A stretch of 64,000 nt of DNA, taken from an uncultured Gemmatimonadales bacterium. Its GTDB lineage: Bacteria; Gemmatimonadota; Gemmatimonadetes; Gemmatimonadales; GWC2-71-9. The number at the start of each line of letters is the position of its first letter. Positions within the stretch are counted from its first letter, which is position 1. Under the pieces are notes generated by a model, which had not been told where the DNA came from, did no database searches, and saw nothing but the letters and a program-made list of their open reading frames with translations. Below, piece by piece: positions 50,576 to 60,091 of this stretch. Position numbers and translations under genes: made by a program. Location of the stretch: NCBI GenBank assembly GCA_963795085.1, contig CAWCFX010000002.1:96001-160000 (forward strand), given 5' to 3'.

Positions 50576-51184
50576 TCATCCTCCGTGCGTGGCGACCAGT
50601 TCAGCGGCCGCATGGGTGGTAGGTTGCAGGAACCCGTTCAGAAACAGATGGGTGAGGTCGTCGGCCAGGCGGGCCGGGGGCACCGGCCCGCTGGGTTTGT
50701 ACCAGGTGTAAATCCAGTTCATCATGCCGAAGAGCGCGTACGCCGCCACCTGGCGATTGACGCCCGACGCGCTCACGTCGTCCAGCAGGCTCACCAGCAG
50801 CGACACGTACTCCCGCTTCTGGCGCACAACCCGGGCCCGCATCGTGCCGGTCAGTTCCTCTTCCTCGTGGGAGAGTACTTTCATTTCCGCCATGTGGGCG
50901 GCGAAGAATTCCACGTGGTGGCGGATGAAGGCCCGGAGCCGACCCTCGGGGGTTGTCTCGGCGGCAATCGCGGCGAGGGATCCGGCCATAACCTGGCTGA
51001 AACAGCGGTCCTGGATCAGGAACAACAACTCGGTCTTCCCGGCCACATAATGATAAATGCCGGCCAGGCTCATCCCGCTCTCCCGGGCGATCTCACGCAT
51101 GGAGGTGGCATGGAAACCCTTGTCGGCGAAAACGTTAACCGCCGAGGTCAGGAGCAGCTGTTGTCGTTGGTCAAAGGTCGTCAC
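50576..51184 (-). CDS. TetR-family regulator (PaaR/KstR2-like)
   Basis: FADKGFHATSMREIA..YHY HTH; GMMNWIYTWY. Confidence 0.92.
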   Translation of the reverse strand: MTTFDQRQQLLLTSAVNVFADKGFHATSMREIARESGMSLAGIYHYVAGKTELLFLIQDRCFSQVMAGSLAAIAAETTPEGRLRAFIRHHVEFFAAHMAEMKVLSHEEEELTGTMRARVVRQKREYVSLLVSLLDDVSASGVNRQVAAYALFGMMNWIYTWYKPSGPVPPARLADDLTHLFLNGFLQPTTHAAAELVATHGG

Positions 51185-51193
51185 GGGCTCGTC

Positions 51194-51241
51194 CGAACGT
51201 TCGTTCGAATGAAACCTAGCCCCGATCCGGAGGCCGGTCAA
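51194..51241 (-). promoter_or_regulatory. Sigma70 promoter with overlapping PaaR-type operator
   Basis: Minus strand TTGACC(51241-51236)-N17-TAGGTT(51218-51213); CGAACGTTCGTTCG at 51194-51207. Confidence 0.7.
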
Positions 51242-51281
51242 CCGTTTAACAAACCCCCTGCCACCCCGTCTACCTGAGTCC

Positions 51282-51830
51282 ATGGGTGGCCTGAGCGAGT
51301 CAATCCGGTTATCGGACGCCGAACTGGTGGCGGCCTACCAGGCCGGCGACGAGCAGGCCGCGGCCGAACTGGTGCTGCGGCACGCATCCGCCGCAGGCCG
51401 GTTCCTTCACGCGTCCGGGGCTTTACCGGCGGACTTGGAAGACCTGGTCCAGGAAGCTTTTTACCGGGCTTTTCGGCGGCTCTCCAGCTGGAGGCAGGAC
51501 GCCGCCTTCCGGACCTGGCTCCTGGCGATCGCGGGAAACCTGGTGAAGGACGCGCACCGCTCCCGCCGGGGAAGGGATGTCGTGTCCCTCGAGGGTCACG
51601 ACGTGCCCGATCACCGGGACCCCTCGGCCGATTTGCAGGCTGGCGAGGCCGAACAGCGGCTGCAGGGCGGCATCGCGGCGCTGCCCCGGCTGCAGCGGGA
51701 GGTGTTTCTGCTGCGCGTCCAGGAAGGAGCCGGGTACGCCGACATCGCCCGGGCGCTGGGCACCACCCCGGGAGCCGCCCGGGTTCATTATCACCACGCG
51801 GTCAAGCGGTTGAAAGAGATCGTCTCATGA
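51282..51830 (+). CDS. ECF RNA polymerase sigma factor
   Basis: EDLVQEAF, FRTWL..IA.N, YADIA..LG. Confidence 0.92.
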   Translation: MGGLSESIRLSDAELVAAYQAGDEQAAAELVLRHASAAGRFLHASGALPADLEDLVQEAFYRAFRRLSSWRQDAAFRTWLLAIAGNLVKDAHRSRRGRDVVSLEGHDVPDHRDPSADLQAGEAEQRLQGGIAALPRLQREVFLLRVQEGAGYADIARALGTTPGAARVHYHHAVKRLKEIVS

Positions 51831-52336
51831 CATGCACCAGGCTGTCGGACCGCACGGCGGAGGTGGCCCGGGGCGGGACGGAGTGGACCGGGGATGAGCG
51901 CCGCCACCTGGCCTCCTGTGCTGATTGTGCGGCCGAGTTCCGGCTGGTCCAGGCCGCGGTCAAGCTGGCAGCGGAGGCCCCGCCCATGCCGGCCGAACGA
52001 ATCAGCGACCGGGTCATCCGGCGACTTGCCGCTGAACCGGTGCCCGCCGGCCGGGGGCGCTGGTGGTGGGGCGCTGGCGGTCTGGCCGCGGCGGCCGCCC
52101 TCTTGTGGATGCTGTGGCCAGGGTCGTCACCCCCGGCCGCCCCGGTGGTGTCTCCGGCCGCCACCGCCTTGGTGCTGCCCCTGACGGAACTGGACAGCCT
52201 CGACTCGGCCCAGCTGCGGTCGGTACTGGAATCTCTGGACGATCCGCTCGCCGGTCCGGACGTTTACGAAATGCCCTCGATGCTGGACCTGGATGACACA
52301 CAACTCGAGCGGGTGCTCCGCTCCCTGGAGGGTTAA
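51827..52336 (+). CDS. Zinc-binding membrane anti-sigma factor
   Basis: HLASCADC (HxxxCxxC); TM helix; ATGA overlap. Confidence 0.85.
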   Translation: MTCTRLSDRTAEVARGGTEWTGDERRHLASCADCAAEFRLVQAAVKLAAEAPPMPAERISDRVIRRLAAEPVPAGRGRWWWGAGGLAAAAALLWMLWPGSSPPAAPVVSPAATALVLPLTELDSLDSAQLRSVLESLDDPLAGPDVYEMPSMLDLDDTQLERVLRSLEG

Positions 52337-52338
52337 CC

Positions 52339-52824
52339 ATGCGACGAATCGTGCTGGTGCTGGCGGGGCTATTGGTCGGCGCGGGCGCCCTGCAGGCGCA
52401 GGGAGAGGACCCCCGCGGCGAGAACCTTCGCGCCGCCATCCAGGAACGCTTTGCCCGGCAGGTGCAGGACCAGTTGGGCCTGACCGACAGCCAGGCGGAG
52501 AAGATGCGCACCACCGCTCTCGAATGGTTTGGGAAGCGGCGCGCCCTCGAAGTCCAGGAACGCCGCCTCCGCGCCGCCCTGGGCAGCCAGATGCGGCCCG
52601 GGATTCCCGCCGACCAGGACAGCGTGGCCCGGCTGACCGACGCCCTGCTGACCCTCAAAGTGGCGCAGGTGCAGACCTACCGCGACGAGATCCGCGAGAT
52701 GACCTACCTGACACCGCTACAGCGGGCCCAGTTCTTCATGCTCCGGGACCGGCTGCTCCGCCGCATCGAGGAAGTCCAGCAAGGGCCGGAGGCGCCGCTG
52801 GTGCGGCAACGCCGCCGCCCCTGA
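52339..52824 (+). CDS. Spy/CpxP-like periplasmic protein
   Basis: Signal peptide; LGLTDSQ and LTPLQ motifs. Confidence 0.78.
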   Translation: MRRIVLVLAGLLVGAGALQAQGEDPRGENLRAAIQERFARQVQDQLGLTDSQAEKMRTTALEWFGKRRALEVQERRLRAALGSQMRPGIPADQDSVARLTDALLTLKVAQVQTYRDEIREMTYLTPLQRAQFFMLRDRLLRRIEEVQQGPEAPLVRQRRRP

Positions 52825-52884
52825 GCTATTCCTCCCCGGGCCGGAGGGCGCTAACTTACGAGTTCCCCCACAGAACTTCCGGCC

Positions 52885-54189
52885 ATGCGGCTCGTTGCGG
52901 TTTCCCTTCTGCTCGCCCTGCTGGCGCCTGCGGCTCACGCCCAGCGCACGGTCGTTTACCGTATTGACATCAGCGGCACGATCGAAGGCGGTCTCGCCCC
53001 CTACACCGCCCGGGCGGTCCGGGAGGCGACCGCCGCCGGGGCGGCCGCGATCATCCTCGACATCAATACGCCCGGCGGCCGGGTGGATGCCGCCGAGATG
53101 ATGGCCGATGCCATCCGGTCCACGGACGTCCCGGTCTATGCGTTCGTCAATCCCCGGGCCTACAGTGCCGGCGCGCTCATCGCGCTCGCCAGCGACGGGA
53201 TCTACATGACGCCCGGCGGCGTGCTCGGCGCCGCCACCCCGGTGGACGGCCAGGGCACCAAGCTCTCCGAGAAGTATGTCTCCGCCATGCGGGCGGAGTT
53301 CCGGGCCCTGGCCGAGCAGCAGAACCTGGATCCCCGCATCGCGGAGGCCATGGTCGACGACAGCCTGGGCGTACCCGGGTTGCTGGAGCCGGGCAAGCTG
53401 CTGACGCTGAGCACCGCGGAAGCGCTCAAGGTCGGCTACGCCCGGGGCCAGGCGGCGGACCTGGCCGCCTTGCTGGAGACGCTGGGGCTCGCGAGTGCCG
53501 AGGTCGTGGTGGTCGGCGTGAACTGGGCCGAGAGCCTGGTGCGCTTCCTGACCAACCCGCTGGTGGCGCCCCTGCTGCTCTCGCTCGGCATGCTGGGCCT
53601 GATCTTCGAGATCAAGACCGGGGCCTTCGGCCTCGGCGGCGTGCTCAGCCTGCTCTCCCTCGGCATGTTTTTCGGCGCCCACCACCTGGTGGGCCTGGCG
53701 GGGTGGGAAGAGGTCATCCTGCTGCTGGGGGGCCTCATCGCCATCGCGGTGGAGATCTTCGTGCTTCCCGGGTTCGGCTTTGCCGGCATCCTCGGCATCG
53801 TGCTGCTGGTGGTCGCCATCGTGCTGGCCATGCTCGGCTCGCTGCCCTCGCTCCAGGACGTGGTCCAGTCCCTGGCGGTCGTCGCGACGGCCCTGGTGCT
53901 CACCACCGCGGTCTTCATCGCCTGGTTGCGGCACCTTCCCAACAGCACCCGCTTCCGGGGGCTCATTCTCGCGGACGGACTCAACGCCTCCGACGGTTTC
54001 GTCTCCGCCAGAGTCCGCAGCGATCTCGTCGGCAAGGAAGGCCTCGCCGTCACCGATCTGCGGCCCGCGGGCACCGTGCTGGTGGGCGAGGAACGGATCG
54101 ACGTGGTGACCGAAGGGGACTATATCCAGGCTGGCACTGCGGTCCGGGTCATTCGGGCGGAGGGACACCGGCACGTAGTGCGGAAGTAG
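52885..54189 (+). CDS. nfeD: Long NfeD (ClpP-like protease + TM + OB domain)
   Basis: DINTPGG, AYSAGA, SEK; TDLRPAG. Confidence 0.9.
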   Translation: MRLVAVSLLLALLAPAAHAQRTVVYRIDISGTIEGGLAPYTARAVREATAAGAAAIILDINTPGGRVDAAEMMADAIRSTDVPVYAFVNPRAYSAGALIALASDGIYMTPGGVLGAATPVDGQGTKLSEKYVSAMRAEFRALAEQQNLDPRIAEAMVDDSLGVPGLLEPGKLLTLSTAEALKVGYARGQAADLAALLETLGLASAEVVVVGVNWAESLVRFLTNPLVAPLLLSLGMLGLIFEIKTGAFGLGGVLSLLSLGMFFGAHHLVGLAGWEEVILLLGGLIAIAVEIFVLPGFGFAGILGIVLLVVAIVLAMLGSLPSLQDVVQSLAVVATALVLTTAVFIAWLRHLPNSTRFRGLILADGLNASDGFVSARVRSDLVGKEGLAVTDLRPAGTVLVGEERIDVVTEGDYIQAGTAVRVIRAEGHRHVVRK

Positions 54190-54232
54190 TGAGAAGCGAG
54201 AGGTTCGCAACCATCGTCTCCAAGGAGCTACA

Positions 54233-55231
54233 GTGGATCGCCTGCTAGAGTTGGGTGCGCCGTTCGTGCTGGTGCTGTTCATCATCGGCCTCATCATCGT
54301 CACCATCTTCTTCCGTTTCATCCCGATCGGGCTCTGGTTCCAGGCCCTGGTGACCGGGGTCCGGGTGTCGTTCGTGACCCTGTTCTTCATGCGCTTCCGG
54401 AAAGTGAACCCGGCGGTGATCGTGAACCCGATGATCAATGCTCACAAGGCGGGCCTCCGTCTGGAGATTGACGAGCTGGAGGCGCACTACCTGGCCGGCG
54501 GCAACGTGGAGCGAGTGATCCGCGCCCTGATCGCCGCGGACAAGGCCGGCATCGCCCTCGACTTCAAGCAGGCGACCGCCATCGACCTGGCGGGCCGCGA
54601 CGTGTTCGAGGCGGTGCAGGTGAGCGTGAATCCGAAAGTCATCACAACGCCCAAGGTCGCGGCGATGGCCAAGGACGGGATCCAGCTGCTGGCACTGGCC
54701 CGGGTGACGGTGCGGGCGAACCTGAACCGGCTGGTGGGCGGCGCCGGCGAGGAAACCATCCTGGCCCGGGTCGGCGAAGGCATCGTCAGCACCATCGGGT
54801 CGGCGATGAACCACAAGGCGGTGCTGGAGAATCCGGACCTTATCTCCAAGACCGTGCTGGCCAAGGGCCTCGACGCGGGGACCGCCTTCGAGATCCTGTC
54901 CATCGACATCGCCGATGTGGACGTGGGCAAGAACATCGGCGCCGAGTTGCAGACTGACCAGGCCGAAGCGGACAAGCGGATCGCCCAGGCCAAGGCGGAG
55001 GAGCGGCGGGCCCTCGCGGTGGCGATGGAACAGGAGTTCAAGGCCGAGTCCCAGAACCAGCGGGCCAAGGTGATCGCGGCGGAAGCCCAGATTCCCCTGG
55101 CCATCGCGGAGGCGTTCCGGAGCGGCAACCTCGGCATCATGGACTACCAGCGCTACAAGAACATCCAGGCCGATACCCAGATGCGGAACTCGATCGCGGG
55201 CGGTTCCGACGGCCCGGGGTCGGACGCGTGA
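54233..55231 (+). CDS. floA: Flotillin-like protein FloA (YqfA)
   Basis: [34 protein letters not shown]. Confidence 0.95.
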   Translation: MDRLLELGAPFVLVLFIIGLIIVTIFFRFIPIGLWFQALVTGVRVSFVTLFFMRFRKVNPAVIVNPMINAHKAGLRLEIDELEAHYLAGGNVERVIRALIAADKAGIALDFKQATAIDLAGRDVFEAVQVSVNPKVITTPKVAAMAKDGIQLLALARVTVRANLNRLVGGAGEETILARVGEGIVSTIGSAMNHKAVLENPDLISKTVLAKGLDAGTAFEILSIDIADVDVGKNIGAELQTDQAEADKRIAQAKAEERRALAVAMEQEFKAESQNQRAKVIAAEAQIPLAIAEAFRSGNLGIMDYQRYKNIQADTQMRNSIAGGSDGPGSDA

Positions 55232-55908
55232 GCCTGGCCGGTCTTCCGGAGCAGGCCGTCCGGGCCGATGGGATGACCGGGGTTGTCATCTTCGCGATCG
55301 TCTACGCGATCGTGACTATCATGGGGAAGCTCAAACAGGCACCCAGGGGTGGCGCGGACAGCGAACCCCAGGAGCCGAAGCGGCCCCGGCCCCGTCCGAA
55401 CCAGCAGGCCCGGCGCCCCCCGCCGCCCCAGAGGACGGAGTCCCCCGGGCGGCCTGCCGGGGGCACCCAGGGAGAGGCGCTCAAGCTGGAGGAATTGTTT
55501 CGGGTGCTGACGGGAGGACCCGGTGCTCCCGGGTCTGGACCGATGGGGCGCCGCTCGGCGCCACCCGCGGAACTCGCCGAAGACGTAGAAGAACGGGCCT
55601 CGCTGGAAGTCGAGGAACGGGTGCTCAACCTGGAGGCCACGCCGGTAGCCCGGGCCAGCCGCCGCGACGTGGACCACGATGACGAGGCCGAAGGCGTCGT
55701 CCAGGCCCGGATCCGCGCGGCCGAAATGCGAAACCGGCCGCTCAACCTCGCCGACCACGCTGCCTTCGATGCCCGCATCCGGCAGGAACCCGCCGATAAC
55801 ACCCGGACCGCCGCGCCGCTCCGGCGGTCGCTTCGCGACGCCATTGTGTGGCGGGAAATCCTGGGTCCCCCGGTCTCCCTTCGCGATTCCTCCGACCAGA
55901 ACTGGTAG
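55228..55908 (+). CDS. YqfB-like hypothetical membrane-anchored protein
   Basis: N-terminal TM helix; C-terminal [14 protein letters not shown]; lies after floA; alternative start at 55273. Confidence 0.7.
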   Translation: MSLAGLPEQAVRADGMTGVVIFAIVYAIVTIMGKLKQAPRGGADSEPQEPKRPRPRPNQQARRPPPPQRTESPGRPAGGTQGEALKLEELFRVLTGGPGAPGSGPMGRRSAPPAELAEDVEERASLEVEERVLNLEATPVARASRRDVDHDDEAEGVVQARIRAAEMRNRPLNLADHAAFDARIRQEPADNTRTAAPLRRSLRDAIVWREILGPPVSLRDSSDQNW

Positions 55909-56042
55909 GCCCCGGACCGGCGGACCGCGCAGGGTCCTGCACCGGCGAGTTTTCCCCATGGCCGGCTTAACAGTGGGGCCCGCCGCCCGTCAGTAAGAGT
56001 CAGCAGCCGAAGCGCGACTCTCACTCTGACCGGGAGCTTCCA

Positions 56043-56915
56043 ATGCGGATCCCACGACTCGTTACTGCCGCCCTCCTGCTCCCCGCCGTCCTGGCCGGAT
56101 GTAGTGACGGGGGGCCTTCCGATTCCTCCGCCATCACCCAGGCGCTCGCAGCCGATATGGCGGAAGTCCTCCTTGAAGACCAGGATGCCATGCTGGACGC
56201 ATCCACGGTGGATCCCGCGACCGGGGTCGCGGTGACCCCCGCGCCGGGGCCAGCGTACGCCGGCCCGCCGCCCTGTACTCCGCTGGTCAGTCCCAGTCCC
56301 CCCGGCAACGCCGACGGCGATGCGGTGCCCGACTCGGCCCGGTTCGATTTCTCGGGCTGCGCGTTTGCCCGCGGCAACTTTGCTTTCGTGCTCTCCGGTA
56401 TCATTCACATCATTGACCCGGCGGCGGCCCCGGCCGGGTTCGGCCTCAAGGCGGTATTCGAAGGATTCCGCCGGGAGCGGACCCATGTTCCCACCTCGCG
56501 CACGGTGGCCAGCGTGTTCGACGGCGCCCGGCAGGTCACCGGGAACGCCGATGCCCTCACGCACCTGATCGTCGGTTTCCGCACTGCGGTGACCCGCCCC
56601 GGGCTGGGGACGGTCCTCCACGAAAAGGACTGGAACGGGAGCTTCACGGCGGATGTTCCCGGCAGCATCGCGCCGGGCCAACCGCTGCCGAGCGGGGTGC
56701 TGAATGTTGCGGGGTCGTCGGAGTGGTCGCGGGGCCAGGCCGAGTTCTATACCCTCTCGGTGACCACCAGCGGACTGCACTTCGATGCCGGTTGTACCAT
56801 TGCCCCCCGGTTCGATGCCGGCTTCTCCAGCCTGGTCATCACCCGTCGCGGCGTTCCCCACACGGTGCTGGTGGAGCACACGGCGTGCGGGCAGTTCACG
56901 GTGACGCGGAGCTGA
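56043..56915 (+). CDS. Hypothetical lipoprotein
   Basis: VLAGC lipobox; beta-rich; additional Cys residues. Confidence 0.78.
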   Translation: MRIPRLVTAALLLPAVLAGCSDGGPSDSSAITQALAADMAEVLLEDQDAMLDASTVDPATGVAVTPAPGPAYAGPPPCTPLVSPSPPGNADGDAVPDSARFDFSGCAFARGNFAFVLSGIIHIIDPAAAPAGFGLKAVFEGFRRERTHVPTSRTVASVFDGARQVTGNADALTHLIVGFRTAVTRPGLGTVLHEKDWNGSFTADVPGSIAPGQPLPSGVLNVAGSSEWSRGQAEFYTLSVTTSGLHFDAGCTIAPRFDAGFSSLVITRRGVPHTVLVEHTACGQFTVTRS

Positions 56916-56918
56916 CAA

Positions 56919-56975
56919 GTGAGAGGTGAGAGGTGAGAGGTGAGCAGCAACGACGGTCGCCTTCCGTGCTCACCT
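56919..56975. repeat. 7-bp tandem repeat (GTGAGAG)x3 plus a partial copy and an inverted copy
   Basis: Repeat at 56919-56944; AGGTGAGCA/TGCTCACCT inverted pair. Confidence 0.75.
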
Positions 56976-56989
56976 CCTCCTGTCACTTC

Positions 56990-57403
56990 CTACATTTTTT
57001 CAGGGTTGTCGAGTTCCACCGGGCGCAGGCTCAGGTCGAGGGCCAGGAAGAGGGTCCTGGAGAAGGGAAAGAAGAGCAGGGGCATCGCCACCGCTTCCAG
57101 CGGGCCTGTCACCTGGAGGGTGTTCCAGGGAGGCGAAGGCCAGGTGAAGACGATGACCGAGAGACTGAGTCCGAGCGTGACCGCCTCCGCCGCGAGCAGG
57201 TTGAACCACATGGCACCCAGGGCGTAGCCGCTGTCGCCCCGGTCGAACCGGAGCCCGCAGGTCGGACAATTGGCCTTCATCCGGAACCATCCATGGAAGA
57301 GACCCCCTCCTCCACAGAGGGGGCAGCGCCTACGGACTGCCCGGGCGAACATGGTCCGGCGCCGGGGTGCTGCCAGCCGGCCCGAAGATGCGATGCTGGT
57401 CAT
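56990..57403 (-). CDS. DUF983 family membrane protein
   Basis: RCPLCG.G.LF..WF...CPTCG plus two TM helices; alternative start at 57352. Confidence 0.82.
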   Translation of the reverse strand: MTSIASSGRLAAPRRRTMFARAVRRRCPLCGGGGLFHGWFRMKANCPTCGLRFDRGDSGYALGAMWFNLLAAEAVTLGLSLSVIVFTWPSPPWNTLQVTGPLEAVAMPLLFFPFSRTLFLALDLSLRPVELDNPEKM

Positions 57404-57500
57404 GCGGCAATGGTAGCTGCCTGAGCGCTTGCGACCAAGCCCGGCGCAGGCCGCCGACTCGCCTTGTGTTTTGCCTTCTGTTCCAGCAGTTTTGGCCCGC

Positions 57501-57583
57501 GCCCGAGTGGCGGAATGGCAGACGCAGCGGACTCAAAATCCGCCGGGGGCAACCCCGTGCGAGTTCGACTCTCGCCTCGGGCA
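57501..57583 (+). tRNA. tRNA-Leu(CAA), CCA not encoded
   Basis: GCCCGAG/CTCGGGC acceptor stem; anticodon arm GCGGA-CTCAAAA-TCCGC; long variable arm; GTTCGAC T-loop. Confidence 0.97.
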
Positions 57584-57679
57584 CTCTGGAATCCGTCGTG
57601 GCAGGCGTAGTGCGAACGTGAGAAGCCCGGCGGTCTGCTCGATCGGTCGGAATCACAATCATTTTAAGGAGAGTCGGGT

Positions 57680-58165
57680 ATGCGAGTGAACGTGCTGGCG
57701 GTCCTGGCGGGTCTGGTGCTGGTGGCGGGAGTATCCCAGGCGCAGGCGCAGGGGGTGCGGTTTGCGCCCGAGGCAAGCATCGGCGAGGATTCCGATTTCG
57801 GCATCGGCGCCCGGGTCCGCTTCGACCTGAGCCCCACCTTTCGGAGCCCCGGGTTCAGCGGTATCGCCTCCTTTGACTATTTCTTCCCCGGGAACAACAT
57901 CAATTACTGGGAATTGAACGCCAACCTCGGCTGGGCCATCCCGGGTGTCCGGGGGAATGTCCAGCCCTACGTCGGTGGCGGTCTCAACTATGCCCACGTC
58001 TCGGTGGACAACTGCACCGGCAACTGCGGCAACAGCGATGTGGGCGTCAACCTGATGGGCGGGTTCAACCTGCAGACCCGCACCAAGATGATGCCCTTCC
58101 TCGAAGCCAAGATCACCCTGGGCGGGGGCGAACAGTTCGTGCTGACCGGCGGGGTGTACTTCTAG
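57680..58165 (+). CDS. Small outer-membrane beta-barrel protein
   Basis: Signal peptide; PYVGGG; C-terminal GVYF; AAGGAGA RBS. Confidence 0.88.
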   Translation: MRVNVLAVLAGLVLVAGVSQAQAQGVRFAPEASIGEDSDFGIGARVRFDLSPTFRSPGFSGIASFDYFFPGNNINYWELNANLGWAIPGVRGNVQPYVGGGLNYAHVSVDNCTGNCGNSDVGVNLMGGFNLQTRTKMMPFLEAKITLGGGEQFVLTGGVYF

Positions 58166-58376
58166 GAAATTGAGGGAACGTTGGAATTGAGGGAATGTTG
58201 GAATTGAGGGAATGTTGGAATTGAGGGAATGTTGGAATTGAGGGAATGTTGGAATTGAGGGAATGTTGGAATTGAGGGAATGTTGGAATTGAGGGAATGT
58301 TGGAATTGAAGGAATGTTGGAATTGAGTCCAATTCCCTCAATTCCCTCAATTCCCACATTCCCTCAATATTTCCTA
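58163..58376. repeat. 17-bp tandem repeat (GGAATTGAGGGAATGTT)x9 plus inverted CAATTCCCT units; MITE-like ends
   Basis: Units at 58166-58318 (first and last degenerate); inverted units at about 58330-58373; TA-GGAAAT...ATTTCC-TA boundaries. Confidence 0.95.
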
Positions 58377-59675
58377 CCCCCCCATCTCTCCCGCATCGTA
58401 CGCCTTGCAGTACTCTTCGTAGTCGCTTTCCACCCGGGTGGCATAGAACCTCGCGTAGGCCACCAGCTCCTGTTGCCACCAGTCTTCCCGTCCGAAATCG
58501 ATCAACTCGTCGGCGATGGCGGAACCCTGCCGGCCGCCGCTGCGGAGCTGGGCCCAGGCCACCACGTCGCCGGCGGTGCCGATGGCTTTCTCCAGCCGGC
58601 GTGACTTGCCATTCCACTGGTCCAGGCTGAGCCGGTCATGGGAGGGCTGCAGGTCGCGGAGAATGTACGGGTGCCGGTTGAGAAGCACCGCCTGGAGCAG
58701 TGCCGGCGGGACCGCCTGCATCCGGGTCTGGATCGCCACCACCCGTTCGGCCGGGTTCTTCCACTCCGGCTGGGGCAGCCGCAAGAAGGGGGCGAGGACC
58801 GAGTCGCGCGCCAGCTTGAGGTCGATCAGCCGGTTGCCATGGGGCGAACCCTCGCCTTCGATCAGCAGGACATACCGGGGCAGGCCGAGGTGGGAGATCC
58901 CGGTTACCCGGCGGGCGACGTCGAGCAGTTTGAAGAACGACGGATCCGGTTGCCGGGCCGCCCATTTCTTCATGAACGCGGCGATCCGGCCCCGGGTGAC
59001 TTCAGGAACCGGGAGGCTATGCTTCTGGTCCAGCAGGAGGCGTCGGGTCTTGCCATGGGTCGCGGTGCGCGCGTCGAGCAGTTCCCGCTGCGACCGGGCC
59101 TTGAGGTCGTTGATGAGATTGCGAACGATTCCCTTGGTGGATTGTCGCTCGACCCAGCGGGCTTTGCCGTCCCGCAGCGCCCCGGCGTAGGAACGGACGA
59201 AATGCTGCGTCAGGGTACTGGTTTCTCTGCCGCTCAGGCCGAGGCTCCGGGCTCCCACGATGATGCTGGTTGTAAACCGGGCCAGGTCCCACGAGGTCGG
59301 GGCCAGGGCGCCTTCGTCGAAATCGCCGATGTCGAAATGCACCAGACCGCTGTCCGACCGGTGACTCCCCAGGTTTTCCAGGTGGAGGTCGCCATTGACC
59401 CATGTCGCCGGAGCTCGGTCCAGCGAGGACCCCTGGGGCCAGTCCTGGTAAAACAGGTGGGACGTACCCCGGAAGAATCCGTAGAGGCCGGCCCGCATCC
59501 GGGCATACTTGTAATGCAGCCGCTCCGGCTCGCGCCCTTCGTTGAATTGGGCGATCCGCTCGACGAGATTGGTGACCGGGATCACAGGTGTGTCGCCCGC
59601 GGGACGGGGTGTCGGGGGATTGCCATTGGCCACCGGGGCCGCGGGCGATTCCGGCGGGTTCGCAGAGGCAGCCAT
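58374..59675 (-). CDS. DUF2252 family (kinase-like fold) protein
   Basis: FFRG, GDLHLEN.G, FDIGDFDE. Confidence 0.88.
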   Translation of the reverse strand: MAASANPPESPAAPVANGNPPTPRPAGDTPVIPVTNLVERIAQFNEGREPERLHYKYARMRAGLYGFFRGTSHLFYQDWPQGSSLDRAPATWVNGDLHLENLGSHRSDSGLVHFDIGDFDEGALAPTSWDLARFTTSIIVGARSLGLSGRETSTLTQHFVRSYAGALRDGKARWVERQSTKGIVRNLINDLKARSQRELLDARTATHGKTRRLLLDQKHSLPVPEVTRGRIAAFMKKWAARQPDPSFFKLLDVARRVTGISHLGLPRYVLLIEGEGSPHGNRLIDLKLARDSVLAPFLRLPQPEWKNPAERVVAIQTRMQAVPPALLQAVLLNRHPYILRDLQPSHDRLSLDQWNGKSRRLEKAIGTAGDVVAWAQLRSGGRQGSAIADELIDFGREDWWQQELVAYARFYATRVESDYEEYCKAYDAGEMGG

Positions 59676-60091
59676 CTCCGGGAGCTCCCGGGTACCGTAA
59701 CTTGTTCTGGTGCGCAGCATTCGGCGGTAGATTCCTTTCCCCGGACAGGCCACGGCTGACGATCAGTGGCTTTCACAGTATAAATCAACCGAACCTGCCA
59801 TGCAGGTTGCGCGCCTTCTAGCTACCTGGTTCGGGATCATACGACCGTGTCGGATGACCAGCTACAGGCCCGATTCCCGATCCTCCCCGTCCGGCCGGGC
59901 TCATCATGTCCCGAGAATTGGCCTTCTGTCCAGCCGGGCATTAAGCTTCCCGCCCCGGGACTCCCTCCGGGCAGGCCGGTAAGTTCATATGGCTCGGCCA
60001 GTTGAGGGGCAGTTGATCCCCGAAGCGTAGATTGGCCCAGAACCCCGGCACCCGGCCGGATGCCCGGCACCCCAACATCGATGATCTCTCC

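Noticed and set aside
58166..58318. CRISPR array
   Set aside because: Contiguous 17-mers with no unique spacers and no cas genes in the window
57501..58376. Integrative element at tRNA-Leu
   Set aside because: No integrase, and no duplicated tRNA 3' end seen
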